Both the position numbers and the translations under genes were made by a program. 64,000 nucleotides of DNA from Felis catus (Eukaryota): positions 1,490,001 to 1,554,000 of the forward strand of contig NC_058369.1 in NCBI RefSeq assembly GCF_018350175.1, written 5' to 3'. Positions 23,101 to 33,543 of the stretch are shown here, piece by piece; the first letter of the stretch is position 1; each line of letters starts with the position of its first letter. The notes beneath the pieces are model-generated. The model did no database searches. It was not told the origin of the DNA and saw only the letters and a list, made by a program, of their open reading frames with translations.

Positions 23101-23380
23101 TGCCCCTCTCTCCCTGTCTGCTGGGACCGCTGGCACCGTCTTCCAGAACGGGTCCTCAGCAGACAACACCCGAGGCCTCTCAGCCAGCACCCGGAAGCCG
23201 TGGGCCGCGGTGACCGTGTGCACGTGGAGCAGGGCTAGCTCCTGGTCTGGCGGCCGCAGCCCGCGCCCCGTGTGCCGAGGCCGGTGTGGGCCTGGGAGCT
23301 CAAAGGGTGGGATCTGGGCAGGGGTGAGCGGGAAGCCTCTGGAAGGCATGGTCGCCGGCCGGTGGGGCGGCGGACCGGGG

Positions 23381-23407
23381 ATTTATACCGCGGCCAGGGG
23401 GGCGGGA
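23381..23407 (-). promoter_or_regulatory. TATA box (TATAAAT) with adjacent GC box
   Basis: Minus-strand TATAAAT at 23387-23381 in otherwise very GC-rich DNA, GGGGGCGGGA at about 23398-23407, and an ATG 38 nt downstream of the first T. Confidence 0.45.
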
Positions 23408-23789
23408 GGATGGGATCCGGTGTCACCCGCTAGGCCGCTGTGCCCTCATTTTGTCGCCCTCCCTGCTCTGCCTCCCCGTCTCCCTGTCTCTCTCTGCATC
23501 TCCCCGTTTCTGGCCTTCTCCTTCTCTGGCTCTTCCTAGAATATTACAGTCTCAACAGACCGTTAAATATTAAATCTCTCCTCGTGAAATATTAAAATGT
23601 TAAGCAGTGGCTAACGCCGCCCTCCGGGCACCCTCTTCAATTCCAGATCTTCCTTCCAGATCTTTCCCTATACATTTGAAAGCAGAGAAACAAGGTCTTT
23701 TTAACCATCATTATCTGACGCGAATGGGACCAGACCACCCGTATCTGTGCGCCCAACTTTGTCTCACTGTGTCAAGTGTCTGGGCCTCT

Positions 23790-24230
23790 CACTGGGTAAT
23801 AAACACGCCCAGGCTCAGTGGCACGAAACTACTCTTCCTCATCCTTCAAGGGGTCGGCTGTGAAATGCGTCCACAGCTGTCACTGGGCTGGCTCAGGGGG
23901 GCCGCCTGGGCCAGGAGTTCTGAGACCGTCACAAGTCCGAGGGCCCTGGTGCCTGCCGGCTGTTGGCTGGGAGGCCTCAGGGCTCCCACGAGGGCTTCTC
24001 AGCCTTCGGTCAGTGGCCCAGCTTTCTTACGCCTTCACGGCGGTGGCCTCGCTCCAGTGGGAGGAAGGCGGAAGCTGCAAGGCCCCTCGGCGACGGAGAC
24101 TCTGAATTCCCACCTCGTTCCCACCACATCCTTATCACCAAAGCTAGGCCCTGGGTTTGGAGGGGTGGACAAAGACTCCCCCTCTCGCGGGGAGAGCTGC
24201 AGAGCGTTTGTGGCTGCATTTCACCTACCC
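23790..24230 (-). mobile_element. Old MaLR LTR (MLT1J/K-like)
   Basis: ggctgttggctgggaggcctcag...ggcggaagctgcaaggcc...gactcccctctcgcggggagagctgcagag. Confidence 0.6.
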
Positions 24231-24299
24231 CCGCCCCCATGCAGAGAGCTACCTCTTTGCAAAAAGTTGCTTTACAGTTGGTCGGAAGAACTGGAGTTT

Positions 24300-24514
24300 A
24301 ATTTTTGATTTTTTCAACGCTTATTATTTTTGACAGAGAGGGAGAGAGAGAGCGAGCGAGCGAGCAGGGGAGGGGCAGAGAGGGAGACACAGAATCTGGA
24401 GCAGGCTCCAGGCTCCGAGCTGTCGGCACAGAGCCCGATGCGAGGTTTGAACCCATGAACTGTGAGGTGGTGACTCATGATTGTGCTTAACCCACTGAGC
24501 CACCCAGGGGCCCC
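24300..24514 (-). mobile_element. Carnivore SINE
   Basis: T-tail, gagagggagacacagaatctggagcaggctccaggctccgagctgtc and ctgagccacccaggggcccc. Confidence 0.9.
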
Positions 24515-26503
24515 AGGAACCTGAGTTTATAATGCAGATCCCCCGGTGATGGGAAGCTAGGTTATTTCCCGTCTTTTACAAAGGGGGTCAAACGGACGCT
24601 CGAGGGCAGATATGGTTAAATGGAACAAACCCACTTCATCCCCCTTTCTGGGGAGCTCTGCCTGAGCCCCCAGGGTTGAGGTCTCCCTCTTTGGGGGGTC
24701 CCAGGGCATTCTGTTCTCATCTTCAGACTTGAATGCAAAGCTGTCGCTCTTAACCAACCCCCCATACAGCGGTGGCCGGTGCCTGGCCACAGAGTCGATA
24801 TACCCGGCCTGTTTTTGAACTTAATAGAGAAGAAGGGGGCCTAGGAGAGGTTGGGACACTTACTCTAAGTCACACAGCAAGTTGCAGGAGATTGAGCTCT
24901 GGATTTGTGGCTGCAGAGGGCAGCTTTTGCCCTCACCAGCTTGCTGAGGGGGAGGGGAGGGCAGGCAGAGGCCTGGAGCACAGGGGTGTGCGATGGTGGG
25001 GTGGGGGTGGGGGGACCAGGGCCCAGGTTAGTTGGTCTGTGGGAGAAGCTAGGGGCTGGGAAGCCAGGCATCCCTGTCTTGGTCCCCTGGCTGCCCCTGG
25101 GGCTTTAATGAGGTCTAACTGGCCTCCAAGACCTCGTTGCACCCCATCCCTGCCCTACCTCATGGCCAAGGGCTCTGGACTCAGTGGTGACCCCGAGGTC
25201 TCGGTCTCAGGCTGTGCCTTGGCCTCAGACTGGGTGGCCTAGGTGCGCGAAGGAGCAGACGTTCCAGGGCCTGGGGTCTCGGTCCCTCTATCCTGTGGCC
25301 TCTCTGACCGTGTGTGGGCCCCCAACTGTCAAATGGGCACTGGGGCGTCGCTCCCCAGCAGCGAGGCCTGGTGGCCCGGATGCCGGCACGTGGGGTGTGC
25401 CGATTCTAGGTCACAGCCTTCCCCGGGGGCTGCCGCCCGCAGCTAACCCAGCGTCCCCCCCCCCCCCCCAATGCCCAGCTGCTGAGGATTTGGCTCCGGG
25501 ATGAGGCCTCTGATAAGGCAGCTGGTGGAGGCAGGACCGGGCCAGGCGGCAGTGGAAGCGGGCAGGAGGGATGAGGAGACTGCACAGGGTTGGCCAGGTG
25601 GCTGATAACTAATCCCCAGCGGCCGCGGCGAACACAGAGCCCAGATCCCCTCGATAAGCCGAAGCCAGCTGGTTTCGGTTTCTTTGGTGGCAGTGCCGGC
25701 CAGGTAGCACGTGCGCCCGTCCGGCCCCGTTCGGAGCCCCGGTCCCGTCTGCCGCCAGCATCCTGCACGGGCCCTGCTGGTAGTGAGGGGGTCGCGGGTC
25801 CATAGTTCCTACTCCCAACCCCTCTCCCCCTCCCCCCTCGGCCCTCCTGGTGACAAGTCAGGGAGGAAGCCTGTTCCCGGCAGGGACCATCCTGTGGGGA
25901 CAGGGTCCTAACAAGTACCAGGAGTTCAGAAAACAGGGATCAGAGAAGACGTCCCACTTTCTGAGGAGGGGACATGGTGGGGGGGGGAGAACTCCCGAGG
26001 ACGATCTGGAGCCAGCCGGCATGGGTGGGGTTCCGGAAGGGCCCACGGTGTGCTTTAGGGCCCGGCCAAGACGACGCGGCTGCTTTGTTCTTGAGCAGCC
26101 GTGGCTGTCGGCAGCAGCACGACCAGCATGGCCCAGAAGGCCCTGGTTTTCGGGGACCACGCTGGCTGGCATGAGGCGGCACTGGAGCGACACAGCAGAG
26201 GCAGGGACGGGCCGCCGGGGCCTTCCCGCTGAGGTGTGTGCCCGTCCACCCTCCTGGGACCACAGGCGGGCCTGGGGGCGCTGCACCCGCTATAGAGCTG
26301 CAGGGGGCTCCTGCCTCCCACGTCCCCGTCCCTCGGCTTGCACAGCGTGTGCCCGGTCCTCTCTGAACCCGCCAGTGTCAGCACGACCGCGGTCAGCGCC
26401 TGACAACCCAGGGGGCCGAACTGAATCCCCGGGAGCCGGTTTGGCCAGAAAGCCAAGGCTAGAAGCAAGATGCTGGGGCTCCCGGACACTTGAGGATTGC
26501 AAT

Positions 26504-26509
26504 TTTATT
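26504..26509 (-). terminator. LSM7: LSM7 polyadenylation signal AATAAA
   Basis: TTTATT on the plus strand, about 117 nt after the LSM7 stop. Confidence 0.8.
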
Positions 26510-26625
26510 AAGAAAACAAAAACAAAACCTATACAAGAAGGAAACCCCATTCCTGCGGTGGCGCGTGATGCGGGAGGGGCAGCTCCGAGTCCTCGGGAGG
26601 CTGTGTCCCGGGCCCTCCGCGCCCG

Positions 26626-26768
26626 CTAGGCGTCCTGCTGCTGGATGAAGGGGTTGGGGATGGCCTCCATGCCGTCCTGCGGGCAGATGAGCACCACAGA
26701 CGTGCCTCTGCACACCACCAGGCCCAGCTGCCGGGTGTCCTCTGTGAGCTTGTACTGGTCGTCGGGGT
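26626..26768 (-). CDS. LSM7: LSM7 exon 4
   Basis: ctgcag|AC CCC GAC...GCC TAG. Confidence 0.95.
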
Positions 26769-29700
26769 CTGCAGAGCAAGAAGGAGGGCGGGCGTGAGGC
26801 GGCCCGGAGGCGGCATCCCGGCCTGATGGGAAGGCCGCATGCCAGGTGGCGGGGGTGGGGGTGGCGGCTCTGAGGACCCAAATCCAAGGGAACCTGGTGG
26901 CCCGGGTGCAGGCCAGGTGCCTCACCCTCCCTCCTCAAGCCCAGACACACAGCCCTTGTGCCTGGGTGAACCACGGACCACGAGGGCCAGGAAGAGGTGT
27001 GGCAACAGTGTCTGGACCTGCCCTCCTGCCCTCCTCCTACAATGACAACACAGCCTGGGGGACGCTGGCTCACGAAGCTCATTGGGGGCCCTGGCGTCTG
27101 AGTCAGCAGAGCAGCTGGAATAAAAATCGGTCTGGGACTCCTGGCTCCTGCAAAATCTCGGAGGCCGCGTGGGGGCACCGTCCGCCCCATGTCAGCGGGC
27201 AGTTAACGGTGGGATGAGAGGGACCCCGTGGAAGAGACAGCAACCGAACCTTTACTGCTTTTGCACAATGTCAGGGGAGGGCCCAGTGGCCCAGTGCATC
27301 AGAGACCAGGGGGTAACCACTGTTCTGGGGCTGAGACAAGAGGGCACGGACTCCTGCCACGGGTGAGTCCGGCCCCGCGAGGAGCAGGCTCCGTGTGGAA
27401 TAACAGCGTGCAGCCGGGTGCCTGGCCTGCTTCCGAGCGCAGGGTTTTCCCACTGGACCCATGCGGTGGGGCTGTCCTTTCACAAAGGAAGAAAATCGTC
27501 CTGCCTCCGGGATTCCAGCTTGGGCGGACCCGGCAGGAGGACAGAAAACGAGGGCAGAGCGACAGGCCTGGTGGCGGCCATTCTGCCGAGACCAAGCTTC
27601 CGCACAAAGGCCCCTTGGCGTCCCTGCTAAATTTTTCACCAGGGTAACAGCGACAGTGCCCGGGGGGCAGGACCCTGCCTCCCTCCTAGGTCTGGGTATC
27701 CCCTTAAAGTTTCAGGCAGGCTGAGCTGGAGAATTAGCCAGCCGATGGGCAGGTGCTGGCCTGATGGAGGGTTGGGGACCTTGGCGACAGGGACCGGGGC
27801 AGGGAATCAGGGGAACAGGACCCCCTGTTAGCAGCAGAGAGTCCACCTGAGGACACAGGAGACGGGGGAGACCAGCTACCTGGTTCACAAGGACCGTGTC
27901 CTTCATTCAGGGGCAGGTTGGTGGGTTTGGAGCAGTGAAAAATTCAGGCCTGGCGAGGAGCTTCCGAGGCCCGTGGCTGTGCTCACCTCTCATGTATTCG
28001 ACGGTACCATCAAGTACGAGATTGAGGAGTGGGTCGAACCCTTTCAGGATGCCGCTGGCTTGTAGGAATCACCGAGAAGAGAAACGGAAAAGCGTAAAAC
28101 AAACAGTCGTTCCAGGGACAGGGGCACACGGCGCCTGGGAGGCAGTACACGGAGATGGGGGCTCACCCCCCAGGAAGGGGCTGATGTGGGAGCGGCCTCT
28201 CCGGGGCGGGAGGATCAGGGACCAAGGGGGAAGTGAGGGGGCTCCGGAAGGGGAGCAGTGAGGATGACTCTCACCCCCCCACCCATAGCGTGGTTGGCAA
28301 ATGTCTTCAGCAAAGGGCCGGCCGGCGCACATGTGCACATCTCAACCACGCGGGCTACATGGTCCCCATGGCAACGACTCCACTCTGCCCTCCTGGGGCG
28401 ACAGCAGCCAGACCACAAGTAGACGTTCAGGTGTGGCTGTGCCACAGCGAAACCTCACTTACAACACAGAAATGTGAATTTCAGGTAATTCGCGAGCCAT
28501 ACAAAAGCAAGCAATGGCCAGCCTCGGGTAGAGTAGGACTCTTCAGCCACAGGAAGGAGCTGTGTGATGCGCCCTGAAAGCCCCCTGCCCCTCCTGCCTC
28601 ACCCCTCCCATTTTCAGGCCTCCCTGTCCCAGGCACGGCTGGCAGAAGCACGTGTCCCCCCGCGTCACTACAGCACGCAGCTGTAGCGTCCACACAGAGA
28701 ACGGGCTCGGGCACGACCAGCAGCCAGCCCCATGTGGCATAGGGCGGGGGTCTGCAAACTGCGGCCCGCGGACCAAATCCAGCCTGCTGCGTTTCGCGCG
28801 GACCTTCGCTAGCACCCAGCCACATTCGCTTGGCCACGTACTGTCTGTGGCTGCTTTCACACTGCAGAATTGTGACCGGGGTCCTCTGGCTCGCAAAGCT
28901 TAAAGTACTTCCTGTCTGGCCTTTTACGGAAAATATCTGCCAGCCTCAGACTTCCTGGGCTTGAGCCCCTGGCTCCGTGCTTCCTGTCTCCCTGCCTGTC
29001 CCTGCCCTGCAAAACAGATTACGAGGATCTCCCCGATGGGGTCGCGAACAGCACGGATGGCGATAACATACGGGCATGTGGCACGGAGCCCGGAGCAGGG
29101 GACCGGCACCCGTGGGTCTACCCTCCTTCATGCGGCGCGAGTGGGGTTCTAAAACGGAGCTAATATCCCCTCCCTGGTGACCACTGTGGGCAGCCCCTCC
29201 CCTCAAGTGTGTGTGTGGGGGTGCTGTGAGTGCCGGTGGGGTGCCTACTCCTAATGCGATTAGGTTACTTTGACGATAAGGAAGAAGGATTCTGTAGATG
29301 TGACGAGAGTCCCCAAGTCGGCGGACCTCTGGTTCATCTGAAGAGACATTACGCTGGGTTGGCCTGACCTGACTGGATGAGCTGTGAAGGGAACAGGAAT
29401 TTTCTGCAAGAGAAAACTGGAAGCGTGGGAGAGGGTTCCCTGCTGGCCTGGAAGGAGCAAACTGCCCCGCTGTGGACAGAGTCCTGGGTGAGCCAAGTGT
29501 CCTGGACACGCGCAGCAGAACACGGGGACGCCAGTCCTGCAGCCATGAGGAACTGAGTTCTGCCAGCAACCAGCAGGCTTGGAGGAAGGCCCTGGGCCTG
29601 AGTAAGAGGCTCTAAGCCCCCCCTTGACCGCAGCCTGTGAGAGACCTTGGGCCCAGGGCACCCAGACTCCGGACGCACACCACGAGGTGATACATTCGTG

Positions 29701-31858
29701 TTGCCCAAGCTGCTGAACTGGTGGCCGTTGGCTATGGAGGGCGGAAAACCAGGACAGACACCCCAAAAAACAAGAGCTGCATCTCGTTCGTAAGTCCGAG
29801 AGCCAGCATGGTGCGGACGGGGCGGACGTCTATTCGGGTTCAATTTCTCTCTGCTGCCGGCTACGGCTACGCACGCTTGCATGCGCTGTGTTTTATTTTA
29901 TTTTTTTTTTAATTTTTTTTTAACATTTATTTATTTTTGAGACAGGGAGAGACAGCACGAACGGGGGAGGGTCAGAGAGAGGGAGACACAGAATCCGAAA
30001 CAGGCTCCAGGCTCCGAGCTCTCAGCACAGAGCCCGACGCGGGGCTCGAACTCACGGACCGCGAGATCATGACCTGAGCCGAAGTCGGCCGCTTAACCGA
30101 CTGAGCCACCCAGGCGCCCCATCATGCGCTGTGTTTTAACCGTGCTGACGCCACCCGATCATCCGTGAGAAGGGATCTGGCTCGCGGTCTCACGAGATAA
30201 ACTGAAGACCAAAGAGGCAGCTGAGTAAATGAAACGTTGGTTCAAGTGCTCACTGGTGTCAGGAACGATGCAAAGCACCCCCGTGACCCTTTGCTCCTTC
30301 CCCGCTGCCGCCCGCCGAGAAGGTGGAGAAACAGCTTTGTGTGACCAATGAAGAAGCCGGGGCTTGGAGCCACACGCCGTCTGGCTCTAGAACCCAGAGG
30401 CGAGGCCGGGCAGCCACCATACCTAGGCCACGCTGCCTACGCGCGCGAGCGACACTGGGCCTCGCTCCTGCCCTCTCCGTACTAGGTTCCAGGGGGAAGA
30501 TGCAGAGGTCATCAGCGTGTTCACATGCATAAAGCTGGGGGCTGTGACAGGTGATACCAGGGGGCTCACACCCAAGGGGCATGGCCTGGGGAGGAGACTC
30601 AGGGAAGGCTTCCCGGAGCAAGAACCTTGAGCTGAGAGCAGGACAAGGACTCTGAGGTTAACCTGGAGTTAAACAGACCGTGTCCACTTGGACACCACCA
30701 CACGGAGACACTTTCGGCTCTCCCAGGAAGGTAAGTTCAACCAGTCAGTCTGGAATTTCCCAGCCAGCACCAAGTGAGGCCATCTTCCCGGTGGACCCCC
30801 AGCCATCCCCCAAAGGAAGGTGACCTCCCCTGAAACAATCCACTCTTTGTCTGTTCCTGCACCCTCCCGCCTACAAAAAAACCTTCTGTTTGGTACAGCC
30901 TCTCCGCTCCCTTCCATCTGCTAGATGGGTCGCTGCCTGACTCACGGATTGTTGAAGAAAGCCAACAGATCGTTAAAACTCCCTCAGTTGAGGTCTGTGC
31001 TTTAACACGGGTAACAAGCTAGCCTGGTAGGAGCACTCCAGGCAAAGGAAGCGTATACCTCCCGTCCCTGTGGTAGTTGAGGGCTCCACGGGCCACTGAG
31101 AGGTACAAAAGGCTGTCCTTTACCCGAAGCCAACGCGGAGCCTGGAAGAACTGAGCAGCAAACACGGAGATTCAACCTGTTTCTAACGGGTCTCCGTGGC
31201 CCATTCTTAGAGATCGACTGTAGATCGGGGCAGTGGTCTCCACCGGGGAGATGTCTGGCTTGCATGTCAAAACGAAGGGATGCTCCCGGCACCTGGTGGC
31301 ATCTAGGGGTGCTGCTCAACACCCCAGGGTGCCCAGGGCAGCCCTCACAACCGAAAACCATGTGGCCCCAATGTCACCGGTGCGGCGCCTGAGGAACCTG
31401 GTGCAGGGGGATCGGCGAGGGGCTGCGACCGCTGCCCGGGACGGGCTCGGAGGGAGAGCACCGCACAGGAGGCAAGCCAGGAATCCCAGTCCCGGCTGCA
31501 ACTCTGTGCCTCTAGGTGGTTGGGACCCGTTCCCGTGCCTCAATTTCCCCACGTTAGAAGGCTGGCTCGAGTCATCCGAGCAAAGTGCTCAAAGCGGTGC
31601 CCAGGCATCAGCCACCATTCTCGCCTCGGCCGTCACTCACCCTAAACCGTTTAGGGCGTGGGGGCGGCGGGCTCTCACCTTCGCGGCCTCCCTGAAACTT
31701 CACCCGGATCGTCTTGTCGATGTACTTAGATAAGTCCAAGATGCTCTCTTTTTTCTTCTTCTCTTTGTCCTGCAGGGGAAGCAGAGCGCGTGAGGCGCAG
31801 AGCGCCGACGGGTCCCACGCCGCCCGCCCAGCCGGCCCTGCCGCGCGCTCACCGCCAT
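26626..31858 (-). CDS. LSM7: U6 snRNA-associated Sm-like protein LSm7 (103 aa; 4 coding exons)
   Basis: join(31858-31853, 31769-31679, 28058-27987, 26768-26626) = 312 nt, translating to MADKEKKKKESILDLSKYIDKTIRVKFQGGREASGILKGFDPLLNLVLDGTVEYMRDPDDQYKLTEDTRQLGLVVCRGTSVVLICPQDGMEAIPNPFIQQQDA. Confidence 0.97.
27987..28058 (-). CDS. LSM7: LSM7 exon 3
   Basis: tacaag|CC AGC...AGA G|gtgagc; ASGILKGFDPLLNLVLDGTVEYMR. Confidence 0.95.
28290..28500. mobile_element. MER58B-like hAT MITE
   Basis: ggttggcaaat...ccatggcaacgactccactctgcc...gtgtggctgtgcc...gaatttca. Confidence 0.5.
28746..28948. mobile_element. MER58A-like hAT MITE
   Basis: ggggtctgcaaactgcggcccgcggaccaaatccagcc...ctgtctggccttttacggaaaa. 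Confidence 0.7.
29185..29757 (+). mobile_element. MaLR LTR (MLT1E/G-like)
   Basis: gggttggcctgacctgact...cagtcctgcagccatgaggaactgagttctgccagcaacc...cagcctgtgagagacc. Confidence 0.7.
29896..30120 (-). mobile_element. Young carnivore SINE (SINEC_Fc-like)
   Basis: Near-consensus body with CpGs intact and a long T-tail. TSD catgcgctgtgtttta at 29880-29895 and 30123-30138. Confidence 0.93.
30655..31006 (+). mobile_element. ERV1-type solo LTR (MER34-like)
   Basis: 3' end gctgcctgactcacggattgttgaagaaagccaacagatc...ctcagttga...ttaaca resembles MER34-group LTR ends. Confidence 0.55.
31230..31401. mobile_element. MER20-like hAT MITE
   Basis: cagtggtctccacc...ggcatctag...gctgctcaacaccc...ggccccaatgtca...tgaggaacctgg. 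Confidence 0.65.
31679..31769 (-). CDS. LSM7: LSM7 exon 2
   Basis: ctgcag|GAC AAA...GAA G|gtgaga; DKEKKKKESILDLSKYIDKTIRVKFQGGRE. Confidence 0.95.
31853..31858 (-). CDS. LSM7: LSM7 exon 1 coding part (MA)
   Basis: AAG ATG GCG|gtgagc. Confidence 0.9.
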
Positions 31859-32010
31859 CTTGCCGCACCGCGCCGCTCGGCGCAGGCGCTGCCGCCGCGC
31901 CCTTTGACCCTGCCCTCGCGCGCAGGCGCGGAGCACACAGGGCGCAGGCGCGCCCAGGAGCGACGGGGCGTTGCTGGGAAACATCTGCCGACGCCTGCGG
32001 ACCGGCCGAC
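31859..32010. promoter_or_regulatory. Bidirectional CpG-island promoter shared by LSM7 and SPPL2B
   Basis: 152 bp between divergent ATGs. Three GCGCAGGCGC (NRF1-type) motifs at 31880, 31920 and 31942. YY1-type AAGATGGCG overlaps the LSM7 ATG. Confidence 0.85.
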
Positions 32011-32013
32011 ATG

Positions 32014-32044
<31 letters not shown>

Positions 32045-32088
32045 CGCTGGCGCGGCTCGCGGCGGCCTTCCTGCTCCTCGCGGCCCAG
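32011..32088 (+). CDS. SPPL2B: SPPL2B exon 1 (signal peptide)
   Basis: [26 protein letters not shown]|gtgagg. Confidence 0.92.
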
Positions 32089-33465
32089 GTGAGGCTGCGT
32101 CGGCCCCGCCGGCCCCGCCGGCTGCGGCACCCGGGCCCTCTGCCCCGGCCCCGCGCAAGCCCCGACTGGCCTGGCCTGGGGGCCCGCCTCGGGTTTGCGC
32201 GCCTCCAGCGCGGGTGGCCCGCAGGCCCGGAGCTCGGCCGTGACCTTGCGGGCCTGTCCCCGGCCAGCCTCTCTTTCCTGCCTTGGAGCCTTCCCCAGCC
32301 GCAGCGTCGCTCAGCTGTGCCGGGGTCTGAAGTTTGGGAATTCCCTTACCCCCTCAGGCCCTGCTCTGTCTCGAGGTCTCCAACCGCCGCCGGGGGCGCC
32401 GCTGCCTGGCCCCGTGGCCTTGGGCAGGGGGCTGCCCCTCCCCGAGCCTCAGTTTCCCCTTGCGCGCGTTGTTAGCGCCCACTCCCGTGGTTGCGGTGAG
32501 CCGTCCAACGCGGCACCCAGTGCCTGACTGTGTCCGGGAGCGGCAAGGGGCCCATCCTGGGAGTGGGGTCGAATCGCCGCCCTGCATTTTGTCCCGTGAC
32601 CTTGGGCAAGGGAGGTCCCCTCTTTGGCCGTCTGTTGCTCTTCCGCAAAAGGAAGAGAGGAGCACAGAGAGGATTGAGCGAGATGATGCATGGGGTGATT
32701 TACGTGCCGCGTGCATCTTCTTGGGCACTTAAGTGAAGGGTCTCCCCGGGGAGTGGGGGACCTGCCATGAGCCGGCTATGTACATTATCATAAGCGCCTT
32801 TTTTATTTTCAAGTCCTCTCTCCCCTGGGTTATGCAGTTCAGGGAATGGTGTCCCTACAGCCCTGCACCCACAGCCATTAACCTTGATGTATCCACTCCA
32901 GCCCACCACCTCCACGTATCTCCTGGTGGCCAGTGTTCTCTCTGTGGTCACTTTCGTCTCCCGCATTCTCCAATCCATCCTGGACACAGCAGGAGTGACC
33001 TCTTTGAAAGTGTGTCAGGTCTCGTGGCATCCAGATGAGAGCCTTCCCACGGCTTTCAGTGCATTTGGGAGGCCTCTGTGGTTTGGCTGCTTGGGAAGAA
33101 ACTTCCTCTCCTTTTCTATTTGCGGAGGGCGCTCAGTTCTCTGGTCTTCCCCGTTTCCCTGGGATGACCCTGGTCATCCTTGTGGTCTCAGCTTGCTTGT
33201 TCTTCCCTCCTCCCCAGAGACGCTCTCTGGGATGCCCCCTCCCCAGCCCCCAGCACTCCTCCCGAGATGCTGCTCACTCATTTCCTCGTCTGAGCAAGCT
33301 GAGGGCAGGGACTTTGAGCTCTCCCGACATTTTGAAGGAGAACAAAGTGAGAAGTGGACGAAGGGCAGTGGGAGAACCATGGGGAGAGTGACCTGGTTTG
33401 CTTGGGGAGGCTTTTCAGAAGCAGAGGCACCTAAAGGGTGTTCTGAAGGGTGGATAAGAGTTTGC

Positions 33466-33543
<78 letters not shown>

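Larger units (their letters stand above)
19098..23349 (-). pseudogene. Candidate unrecognised multi-exon gene or gene relic
   Basis: TATA box and ATG, then phase-compatible exons 23349-22999, 22636-22449, 22245-22076, 21965-21901, 21832-21757 (in-frame TAG) and an exon starting at 21673. Second chain: 20415-20319, 19660-19449, 19311-19189, 19117-19098. All introns are GT-AG and the MIR and SINE lie in introns. Family not recognised. Confidence 0.45.
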
